Of a DNA stretch of 64,000 bases, positions 28,332 through 35,948 are shown piece by piece. The position numbers and the translations under genes were made by a program. Numbering within the stretch: the first letter of the stretch is position 1; each line of letters begins with the position of its first letter. The notes beneath the pieces are model-generated. The model ran no database searches, was not told the DNA's origin, and saw nothing but the letters and a program-made list of their open reading frames with translations. This DNA comes from an uncultured virus (IMG/VR IMGVR_UViG_3300017732_000002). Its lineage: Duplodnaviria; Heunggongvirae; Uroviricota; Caudoviricetes. The stretch is taken from the IMG/VR virus record IMGVR_UViG_3300017732_000002; one strand, given 5' to 3'.

Positions 28332-28502
28332 CTAATCTTTTTTATGCCCGTTACCGTTTTTAATTCTTTTAGACTCATCAAACTTTATGACTTCTTCAAT
28401 CATAGTCTTAATCGTATGGAGTTCTGTTTCAATGTGAATTATGAATGCAAATATTATACCTATCATGGTTATATAAAATACGTCCATCCACTCAATTAAC
28501 AT
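28332..28502 (-). CDS. small membrane protein (56 aa)
   Basis: Hand-found ORF MLIEWMDVFYITMIGIIFAFIIHIE..., TAATG coupling. Confidence 0.55.
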   Translation of the reverse strand: MLIEWMDVFYITMIGIIFAFIIHIETELHTIKTMIEEVIKFDESKRIKNGNGHKKD

Positions 28503-28963
28503 TATTGAACTCCTGCTTTATCATAAGACATTATTACAACTTCTTCGTCAATTAATCTTTTTCTATTAATCATATGTTGTTCTCGAATCTCTTCTTTTGA
28601 ACCACCAAAATAAGGAACTGCATGTCCCTCTTCTACTAATACTTGGGTAGCAAGTTTAGTTTCACCGTCAATTTCAATTTGGAAGTCACCTAATATTCTA
28701 CCGAACTTCCCCTTCATATCTTCGCCATTTCTATTAATTTGCGTTTGTAATATAGTTTCTTTGCCTAAAATTTCAATCAGACGTGCCTTTGAAGCTTTAC
28801 CAAAAGTTTTTTCAACTTTATCTCTAGTACGGCTTTCGGGTGTATCGATGCCCATCATTCTGACTCTTTCGTCTGTTAAGACTACGCCAAAACCTAGGTC
28901 GATATCCACATCAACAGTGTCACCATCTATGACTTTTAAAATTTTTGCTCTATATTCATACAT
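28502..28963 (-). CDS. thermonuclease (SNase-like)
   Basis: KVIDGDTVD, RVRMMGIDTPESRT, GKFGRILG. Confidence 0.9.
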   Translation of the reverse strand: MYEYRAKILKVIDGDTVDVDIDLGFGVVLTDERVRMMGIDTPESRTRDKVEKTFGKASKARLIEILGKETILQTQINRNGEDMKGKFGRILGDFQIEIDGETKLATQVLVEEGHAVPYFGGSKEEIREQHMINRKRLIDEEVVIMSYDKAGVQ

Positions 28964-28985
28964 ACCCTTTATTTATGAAAAGGGT
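28964..28985 (-). promoter_or_regulatory. RBS-occluding hairpin with late promoter in its loop
   Basis: ACCCTTT-TCATAAAT-AAAGGGT directly before ATG. Confidence 0.65.
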
Positions 28986-28992
28986 CTATTTA

Positions 28993-31491
28993 TTATGTAA
29001 AGAAACTATCTAAACTTGCAACTGGTTCAGGATTCCAACCTACTAGTCCAATGACTGCTTTTAGTGGTTCAACAAATGCTTTATCAAACTGTTTGTCATG
29101 GTCAATAAATCTATGCAGGTCAAATTCTTTTGGTAACGCTCCAATGAAAGATATCACATTCTCATTGATAGGATTCGGTGTAGTCAAATATGAGAAATGT
29201 AATTGTTCTGCTTCTTTGATTACTTCGTATCTCATGTCAAGATTCTTCTGTGTAAGTAAATGATTGTATAACAATGCACCTCTCACATGTATTGGTGTTC
29301 CTTTACTGTAGATAGTTGTTCTATCTGAGTATTGTCTGAGACCACGGCAACCTCTAGGGAATGCAACGTCCTCAGGCGGTAGCGTTCTAAAGTCTCTTCG
29401 TGCTTTTTCTACAAACTCCCATAGGTCTTGTTCTGTTCCATTCATGACAACATTAAATGCGTCTGTAAGTTTACCTCTAACCCATTGTGGTGTAGAAGAC
29501 TTTGCAGTTTCTATGCCCATCATTTTCAGTTTAGGTTCTCTGAGTCTGACTCCTTCGTTATCATGTACGTTAAGAATGTATCTCTTCTTAGCAGTCCAAA
29601 TACCTCTGTCTGCAATTACCTCACGACCCATTTGCATTTTCTGTTGGAATGCATTTGTATCTTTTGCAAGTTTATCATATCCTTTTGCAAGTACAGGTTC
29701 AATAGTATCTTCTGAGATAGTATTAATGAAGTCAATAATTTTTGCCTTCGGTGTATCTTCGGGAAAGACTTGTTTCACTAAATCGTCAAGAGTGATATAC
29801 AATGAATCAGTATCGATTGCAATCACATAGTCTTTGTCTTCTGTCTTGAGAACTTGATTCAACCAATCATTGATTGTTTTCTCACCCCACTGAATAATCA
29901 ACTGACCCGAAGTCGTAATTGCTTCCGCAAGGTCTACAGAAAAGAATGCAAACCACTGATTAGCAAGAGCACCATAAGCACTGTTCAATGCAATCTTACG
30001 AACTTGTTGGTTGTTATACGCACGTTTGATTTTTGTTTCTAAAACTGTACGTTGTTTCTTATCCGAAACACTTTCCAGTTCAATTTGATATCCAATCATT
30101 TTCTTCTTCCATAACTTTCTTTCGTCATAGAATTGTTCCATGAGTTCAGGAAGAAAACCTTGTTTGTCTTTTTTGAATTGTGCACCGTTTGGTGTTACAG
30201 CATAATCACCTTTGATTGTCTGTTTACCAGTAAGTAATTTTTCTACAGAAGTATCTACCTTACCCCTAATCATTTTTTCAGGCGAGATATTATACTGCAT
30301 AATAATATGTGGATACAATGAGTTCAAGTCGAAACTTACAACCCAGTCATGACCGCCAACCAATGGTTCTTTTACGTAAGCACCCTCAATCTTATTGGTC
30401 TTTTCTTGTCCACGTAATTTCTGTGGTGGTGTTTGGATTCCTTGTTCCTTGAGGAAGTTGTAAATAATGGTTTCCCAATATTTCACCATTCCAAATGTGT
30501 CTGCATAATTACACTTAGCAGTATACGCCATTGATTGAATCAACTCAATGAAACCAAGTTTGTCTTCCAGTTCTTCAATCAGTTCTACGTCACGGACATT
30601 GTATTCTAAGAACAACGGATAATTAGTTCTGTATAATGTGTGTAAAGAACCGTACTCTGAATAATCTAGTTTTCCTTTACCCAGTTCAACTTGTGCTATG
30701 TGGTCAAGTTTGTAACTCTCTTGTTTGATAAATGTATTTTTTCTATACAGTTCAAGATAGTCAAGAACATTCACACCATAGAGATTGTATACTTGATTCT
30801 TTTGATATCCATACTGAGTGAATTCTCTTACGTCTGACATTCTCCAAGGCGAAAGTTTTTTGTGATACCCGTCACCAAATAATCTATCAATACGATTACA
30901 AAGATATGTAATATCAAATGAGTTTACATTCCAACCAGTTATGATATCAAATGATTGTTTGTCCCAATACTTTATAAATGCTTCTAGTAAGAATGCTTCA
31001 TCTTGACAATCGACATAGTCAACATTGTCAGGTGCGTCCCATGGGCCGATTCCAAATGTAACTGAGTTCTTACCGAATGGTTTGATTGTGATTGCGTTGA
31101 CTTTCTCTTTCGCTTCCATAGGGTCAGGAAACCCTTCTTCACACTCACACTCAATATCAAGTGAGGCGACACGAATGAGTTTGGTATTAGGTTCTATTGT
31201 ACCTTGAAACTTATCTGCAATATAAGTGTAGACATAACGGTCATAACCGTGGATATCAAATCCTTCCACTTGTTCATATTGTTCTCTGAACTTACGTGCA
31301 CCACCCATAGAATTTAGATTCACAACCTCAAGTGGTTGTCCGTCTAAAGACCTATAAGCGGTTTGTCCTTTCTTAGATTTGACGTAGTGATTAGGTCGAT
31401 AGGCAACTTGAAGTTTTACCTTCTTATTGCCTTGATAACCTGTTACTAATATCTTGTCTCGTGTGCGTGCTACATTAGTGTAAAAATCCAT
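28993..31491 (-). CDS. gp43: family B DNA polymerase (T4 gp43-like), unsplit
   Basis: DIECE exo I, GWNVNSFD, SFDLNSLYP, KIALNSAYG, IDTDS, KKRY. Confidence 0.97.
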   Translation of the reverse strand: MDFYTNVARTRDKILVTGYQGNKKVKLQVAYRPNHYVKSKKGQTAYRSLDGQPLEVVNLNSMGGARKFREQYEQVEGFDIHGYDRYVYTYIADKFQGTIEPNTKLIRVASLDIECECEEGFPDPMEAKEKVNAITIKPFGKNSVTFGIGPWDAPDNVDYVDCQDEAFLLEAFIKYWDKQSFDIITGWNVNSFDITYLCNRIDRLFGDGYHKKLSPWRMSDVREFTQYGYQKNQVYNLYGVNVLDYLELYRKNTFIKQESYKLDHIAQVELGKGKLDYSEYGSLHTLYRTNYPLFLEYNVRDVELIEELEDKLGFIELIQSMAYTAKCNYADTFGMVKYWETIIYNFLKEQGIQTPPQKLRGQEKTNKIEGAYVKEPLVGGHDWVVSFDLNSLYPHIIMQYNISPEKMIRGKVDTSVEKLLTGKQTIKGDYAVTPNGAQFKKDKQGFLPELMEQFYDERKLWKKKMIGYQIELESVSDKKQRTVLETKIKRAYNNQQVRKIALNSAYGALANQWFAFFSVDLAEAITTSGQLIIQWGEKTINDWLNQVLKTEDKDYVIAIDTDSLYITLDDLVKQVFPEDTPKAKIIDFINTISEDTIEPVLAKGYDKLAKDTNAFQQKMQMGREVIADRGIWTAKKRYILNVHDNEGVRLREPKLKMMGIETAKSSTPQWVRGKLTDAFNVVMNGTEQDLWEFVEKARRDFRTLPPEDVAFPRGCRGLRQYSDRTTIYSKGTPIHVRGALLYNHLLTQKNLDMRYEVIKEAEQLHFSYLTTPNPINENVISFIGALPKEFDLHRFIDHDKQFDKAFVEPLKAVIGLVGWNPEPVASLDSFFT

Positions 31492-31497
31492 ACTGTA

Positions 31498-31527
31498 ATT
31501 ATACTACAGTTTGTTCTATTCTACAAG
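31498..31527 (-). promoter_or_regulatory. class M promoter for gp43 (leaderless)
   Basis: CTTGTA-N18-TATAAT-N6-ATG, no SD. Confidence 0.65.
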
Positions 31528-31752
31528 ATTCTTTTTAGAATGAAAATCAAAGTTATTGATTGCAACGTCCTTAATATCCTTCCAGTGTGCTATTTGAGAT
31601 AACTCATCTTCCACTGTCTTCATTAAGTCAGGGTGTTCTGCAACACCACTTGCATTCTTTGTTAATACCTCAACATTAATTTTGTGTTTTGAAATCATTG
31701 CGTCTGCTTGTTGCACAATCGCATTTAATACTTTGTCGTGAAAATCAATCAT
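31516..31752 (-). CDS. conserved small hypothetical protein
   Basis: KHKINVEVL..ASGVAEHPDL motif. Confidence 0.7.
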   Translation of the reverse strand: MIDFHDKVLNAIVQQADAMISKHKINVEVLTKNASGVAEHPDLMKTVEDELSQIAHWKDIKDVAINNFDFHSKKNLVE

Positions 31753-32195
31753 ACATTCCTAACTGTTTCTTGTAGTTCTACACTCCTGCGTCCTACTTGT
31801 TTAAACCAACGACTATCTTCCATTTCAACAGCCATTCTTTCCCAATCATGGTCTTCAACTGCATTCAACATATTCTTGAATTTACCCAGTCTAGTTCCAC
31901 CTAAGTTGAAACACATGTTAACCAAGACTTCTCTAATGTCGCCTGGCAAATCGTACCAAACGTCTTCTCCGATAACATGAACTGTTTCGTCCATATGTTT
32001 ATCAAAGTCTGAGTCATAGTATGCGTCTACAACTTCTTGCGAAACTGCAGTACCAACTTCCCAATCGTACTCAGGGTCTTCGGGTTGACATAAATGTCCA
32101 ACACCGAGAGTTTTAAATCCCAATGAGTCAATATAAATTTCTAGCACTTCACCTTCGTGCCTCTTAATCGCTTCTTTACATCTTTCTACGTTCAT
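31749..32195 (-). CDS. lysozyme (GH24, T4 e-like endolysin)
   Basis: HEG...YIDSLGFKTLGVGH (E-x8-D-x5-T), NMCFNLG, DSRWFKQVGRR. Confidence 0.9.
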   Translation of the reverse strand: MNVERCKEAIKRHEGEVLEIYIDSLGFKTLGVGHLCQPEDPEYDWEVGTAVSQEVVDAYYDSDFDKHMDETVHVIGEDVWYDLPGDIREVLVNMCFNLGGTRLGKFKNMLNAVEDHDWERMAVEMEDSRWFKQVGRRSVELQETVRNV

Positions 32196-32497
32196 TTTTT
32201 CTCCTCGCTTCTTGCGACTTGTTCTTCTAGGAGTTCTACTAGAATATCTCCCATGAGGTTATTTAGGTCATTGTCTTTTTCTAAATCTGACAAGTCCATA
32301 CCTTCGGGAACTCTTCTAATAGTTCTCTGAAAATTTAGTTCAGGTTTTCCTTCTACGAATTCCACCTTTCCATATTGATAAACGGTGTCTTTGAATTCAC
32401 CCTTTATAATTTCTATAGCATAGTGTTCTTCGTCCCTTTGATTAGGATTCTCTACTACTCTATACATTTCACCAATTAAATGTGGTCTGTTACTCAA
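32192..32497 (-). CDS. conserved T4-like hypothetical protein
   Basis: IEIIKGEFKDTVYQYGKV..LNF..MGDILVELLE. Confidence 0.7.
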   Translation of the reverse strand: MSNRPHLIGEMYRVVENPNQRDEEHYAIEIIKGEFKDTVYQYGKVEFVEGKPELNFQRTIRRVPEGMDLSDLEKDNDLNNLMGDILVELLEEQVARSEEKK

Positions 32498-33060
32498 TGC
32501 AATTCTCCTTTTTGAAATGACTTCATTTCCTGTACACCTTTATAATTATGGTGTGCTTGAATTGTCATGTCTGCTATTTCTATTTCAGGATAACTTGTAA
32601 TCAACCTATAAACCAGTCCAGCAACTTCTTGACGTGAGATACTAGGCATAGGTGAATTAAGAAGACCTAGATTTAAAGTTGTCATTTTGTATTTTTTATC
32701 TGAGTTGTATTGTAGGTTATTTGCTAAATGATTGAGAGACGCTTTAGCAGCTGAATAGAGATAACCTTTTGATATGTTTGGTTGAGCAGCTCTTGAAGAA
32801 AAATTAATAATATATTTGTTTCCTTTATCTACCCAAGAATCATGTGCGTATTGAAGTATCTTTGTTTGTTCAAATTCGTCATGTGCAAAATTAATCAAAA
32901 CGTCAACATTAGCCCAACCCCACCAGTTCATACCATTCATTGTGATATCTTCCATACGTGGTGTATGTACTTCTATAGTATCACCTTTAAATGGTGTTGC
33001 TTCTAGTGTGTCTTTAATTGTCTTTGCTAGACCACTACTTCCTGTTATTGCTACTTTCAT
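32494..33060 (-). CDS. short-chain dehydrogenase/reductase (compact SDR)
   Basis: VAITGSSGLA Rossmann loop, INFSS, YSAAK (YxxxK). Confidence 0.85.
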   Translation of the reverse strand: MKVAITGSSGLAKTIKDTLEATPFKGDTIEVHTPRMEDITMNGMNWWGWANVDVLINFAHDEFEQTKILQYAHDSWVDKGNKYIINFSSRAAQPNISKGYLYSAAKASLNHLANNLQYNSDKKYKMTTLNLGLLNSPMPSISRQEVAGLVYRLITSYPEIEIADMTIQAHHNYKGVQEMKSFQKGELH

Positions 33061-33958
33061 AATATTCTTTTACCAAATCAAAAGACGGTTTGCCGAACAG
33101 TGAACCGTCTACACTGCATTTATTACAAGGTGATTGACTTCTATCACCTTTCATTAATCTTTTACGAATCTTTGTCATAGGTTTACTGAACCAAACGTCA
33201 TGTAATGTTGACTGTAGCAAGTTACCTACAACATGTTCTCTCCCCCAATCGTTTGAACAAAATAGAACATCACCGTTCCAATCAACAAACATTTTGTAGA
33301 AGGGGTAATGACAAGGTTTGCCTTTCAAAGAAGTAATGTCTGTTTCTTCTATCCCAACCCAGTCAATTACCCCACTACGGTTATTGAGAATCAATCCATG
33401 TTTCTCAAAGTCTCCCCAATGCATTCTAAATTTATACATATCTTCTCTGACATTCTTTAGCATTTTTTCAAAGTGTGTCATTTGTTCTATACCGTCATAC
33501 AAATTTATGTACAGTAAATCTAGTCCTGCTTTATACAATCTTTCAACATACTTTTCTGTAAGTTTGTCTCCATTTGTATTACATTCAATTGTTGCCATTG
33601 GTAAATTAAATCTAAACTCTTTAACTATCTCTACAAAGTTTGGATTCAATAAATTTTCTCCGAACCCACTGAATGATATTTTACCTGAATACTGATTTTC
33701 TCCTAATTCTTCTGCAATGGTTCTAGCACCTTTAATCGTAAGATGGAGATTCCTGTTGGGAAATACTGTTGGGTCATGTCTTGGACAAAAGACACATGTC
33801 CTGTTGCACAACTCAGTAGTATTAATTTCAACTGTAAGAATCGAGTCAAGAGGTTTGAGTTCATTACTTTTTTTATTCCAATGTTTTTCTTCTTGTTTCC
33901 TTCTGTGTTCTAGGAAATCATATTGGTCAACTGCCTGTGTTGGTATGTTTCTACTCAT
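33035..33958 (-). CDS. radical SAM enzyme with SPASM/Twitch domain
   Basis: CNRTCVFC (CxxxCxxC), SGFGENLL, TNG; C-terminal CHYPF..GDVLFC..GNL..PCNKC. Confidence 0.9.
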   Translation of the reverse strand: MSRNIPTQAVDQYDFLEHRRKQEEKHWNKKSNELKPLDSILTVEINTTELCNRTCVFCPRHDPTVFPNRNLHLTIKGARTIAEELGENQYSGKISFSGFGENLLNPNFVEIVKEFRFNLPMATIECNTNGDKLTEKYVERLYKAGLDLLYINLYDGIEQMTHFEKMLKNVREDMYKFRMHWGDFEKHGLILNNRSGVIDWVGIEETDITSLKGKPCHYPFYKMFVDWNGDVLFCSNDWGREHVVGNLLQSTLHDVWFSKPMTKIRKRLMKGDRSQSPCNKCSVDGSLFGKPSFDLVKEYYESSNNRK

Positions 33959-33966
33959 ATTGAAAC

Positions 33967-34040
33967 TGGAGCGGAGAGATAGGATTGCACTATCGTCTCT
34001 GTGGTGGAACCACAGCGTGTTGCTATTACACTATCTCCGC
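33967..34040 (-). tRNA. tRNA-Gly (anticodon TCC), non-canonical D/T loops, CCA encoded
   Basis: GCGGAGA TA GTGT AATAGCA ACAC G CTGTG GTTCCAC CACAG AGAC GATAG TGCAATC CTATC TCTCCGC TCCA; all four stems pair perfectly; 74 nt. Confidence 0.9.
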
Positions 34041-34045
34041 TTAAC

Positions 34046-35182
34046 TTATCGGATAATGTCAATGTTTTCTGCATTAACATTCCATGTTTCTAGTTCAGTT
34101 CTGAGTCTGTTTTCGGATTTAAGTTTGTCATATCTTTTACCAGCAAGTTTTTTCCACCAGTCAACTACACCTTCTAACTCGTATCTATCATAGTTGGGTG
34201 CTTTCTTTAATTCGTCTGTTTCTAGATTTAAATAATCCACTACATTCTCATAACCATAATTTGAAAAGTATTGTCTCTTCTGTTCCGTTAGACCTTTTGC
34301 ATTTTCAAATGCTTGATTGAATTCTTTTAACTTTTCTTTGTCGTGTATATTTAGTGAGTTCTTTATCATAGAAATTTGTTTCTGAATAGTCTTCATTTTT
34401 CTTGACGAAGCGTCATCATGAACTAATGGTTTACCGTCATTTTTAGTTTCAAACCAATACTTCAAGTCTCTATAGTTTTGGTCATTAATAGAAGGCACAA
34501 AATCTGATACGGTCAATCCTTTAAATCTTAAGAAAGGTTTCATACCGTCATACTGTGAAGAAGTCTTTGACGAACCGTATAAAGAAGTTGTTTCAAAACC
34601 ACAAAATTTTGTATTGTATTTTTTGTTTAATGTTCTTCTAGCATGGTGTGAACAACATATAGCTGCAAGTAACTTACCACCAAGATAATTATATCCAAAT
34701 GGTTGAGTAGGGACAATGGTGAATCCCATAATAACCGAATCATTGAACCTCTTCATTGTATCTTTACACATAGTATCTAAAGGTTTACCTAACATAACAT
34801 TTCTAGGTTTAGAATTAATTGTTGGTGAACCGAATCTAATAAAACCCATAATCTTGTTTGTGTTTTTTTCATACACAACCCACTTCAATGTCTTGCCAGG
34901 AATTGACTTCTCTAAAGCATGAGACGTGGTGATTTCTAGGTAGTTATCATATAGGTCATTTGATAAGACTCTACATTCAAATTCCATGTCATGAGGGTGC
35001 ATTGTGAAGTCACTAAACATATCATCTTCTGGCCCCATGCCAGGCAATGACGTTGGTAGATTAGCAACACGTTCTAATTTGATTTTACGTAGATAATCGT
35101 CAATACGGTCAAACCCATTATAGAAATCTATATAGATTTGCGAGGCGTAAAGAGAATCTTCTTTAGATAGAATTACAGACAT
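34046..35182 (-). CDS. DUF4338/DruA-family protein (Mom-like GNAT fold, inferred)
   Basis: GKTLKWVVYE..KIMGFIRFGSP..KPRN..LG, IVPTQPFGYNYLGGKLLA, FETTSLYG, SQYDG..FLRFKGLT. Confidence 0.75.
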   Translation of the reverse strand: MSVILSKEDSLYASQIYIDFYNGFDRIDDYLRKIKLERVANLPTSLPGMGPEDDMFSDFTMHPHDMEFECRVLSNDLYDNYLEITTSHALEKSIPGKTLKWVVYEKNTNKIMGFIRFGSPTINSKPRNVMLGKPLDTMCKDTMKRFNDSVIMGFTIVPTQPFGYNYLGGKLLAAICCSHHARRTLNKKYNTKFCGFETTSLYGSSKTSSQYDGMKPFLRFKGLTVSDFVPSINDQNYRDLKYWFETKNDGKPLVHDDASSRKMKTIQKQISMIKNSLNIHDKEKLKEFNQAFENAKGLTEQKRQYFSNYGYENVVDYLNLETDELKKAPNYDRYELEGVVDWWKKLAGKRYDKLKSENRLRTELETWNVNAENIDIIR

Positions 35183-35188
35183 ACACCT

Positions 35189-35226
35189 ATTATACTAAAC
35201 AAGCGTATGTCTGTATAGTGGGTTTT
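35189..35226 (-). promoter_or_regulatory. class M promoter for the DUF4338-tRNA-rSAM-SDR unit (leaderless)
   Basis: AAAAACCCA-CTATAC-N18-TATAAT-N6-ATG. Confidence 0.7.
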
Positions 35227-35645
35227 TAAGAAATTTTGATTTCTTGAGGTTTATCTTCTTCGGGTATTTCCCTAATCAACTGAACACTCAAAATACCGTT
35301 ATCACACCAAGCAGAATCAATTACAATATCGTCTGCTAAAGTGAAACTTCTTTTGAATGAACGAGTAGCAAGTCCTTTATGGACATACTCTATTTCCTCG
35401 TCTGCTTCCTTTTTACCCTCAATGATAAGTTGGTTCTTCTCTTTAGTAACAGAGATTTCCGTCTTGTCAAAACCAGCAACTGCAAGTTGAACTGAAAAGT
35501 CCTCATCGTCATTTTTTATAATGTTGTATGGCGGGTAGTTTGTTGAATCATGCATGTTTTCTGCACGATTTAATAGTTGAAGAGTTCTGTCGAACCCGAT
35601 TGCGAATGGGAATGATTTCCCGAAGACATCGTCATAGATAGTCAT
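35226..35645 (-). CDS. small heat-shock protein (Hsp20/IbpA-like)
   Basis: NYPPYNI, LAVAGF, YVHKGLATRSFKRSFTLAD, NGIL, IPEEDKP. Confidence 0.95.
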   Translation of the reverse strand: MTIYDDVFGKSFPFAIGFDRTLQLLNRAENMHDSTNYPPYNIIKNDDEDFSVQLAVAGFDKTEISVTKEKNQLIIEGKKEADEEIEYVHKGLATRSFKRSFTLADDIVIDSAWCDNGILSVQLIREIPEEDKPQEIKIS

Positions 35646-35700
35646 AGTTTTCTCCTTTATTAAGCAAGTTTATATTATGCAACCCCTAATGGGCATTGCA
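35646..35700 (-). promoter_or_regulatory. ROSE-like RNA thermometer in hsp20 5' UTR
   Basis: CUUGCUU-AAUA-AAGGAG hairpin pairing SD with bulged G; upstream hairpin UGCAAUGCCC-AUUA-GGGGUUGCA. Confidence 0.6.
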
Positions 35701-35704
35701 AAAG

Positions 35705-35751
35705 TATTTATACATTATATAATGCTGAATTATAATTTTTCAAGGGGTTTT
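35705..35751 (-). promoter_or_regulatory. tandem class M (AAAACCCC-TTGAAA-N18-TATAAT) and late (TATAAATA) promoters for hsp20
   Basis: Both motifs read directly upstream of the thermometer. Confidence 0.6.
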
Positions 35752-35948
35752 ATTGAAATAATTGTATTTATTTCAATATCATGATATGTAGGTTCGTGTA
35801 TGCCCATAACTACAATCTTATCTCCCATAGTCTGAAACTTTTTTTCTACAGTGCAGGCAAGGGTGTGTATTTTGTTTGAAGTTAATGATTGATATTCTAC
35901 TGTCATTTCTTTTTGATATAATTTGTCTTGGACTTCTTTGAATGTCAT
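35730..35948 (-). CDS. hypothetical protein
   Basis: ORF track, ATGA overlap with cyclase. Confidence 0.6.
   Translation of the reverse strand: MTFKEVQDKLYQKEMTVEYQSLTSNKIHTLACTVEKKFQTMGDKIVVMGIHEPTYHDIEINTIISIKPLEKL

Noticed and set aside
34046..35182. Druantia anti-phage system
   Set aside because: Only a DUF4338/DruA-like gene is present. There is no DruE helicase or other Dru gene, and the context is a phage replication region.
35714..35747. Sigma32 heat-shock promoter (CTTGAAA) for hsp20
   Set aside because: The CCCCATNT -10 is absent. The spacing fits the phage class M promoter with TATAAT instead.
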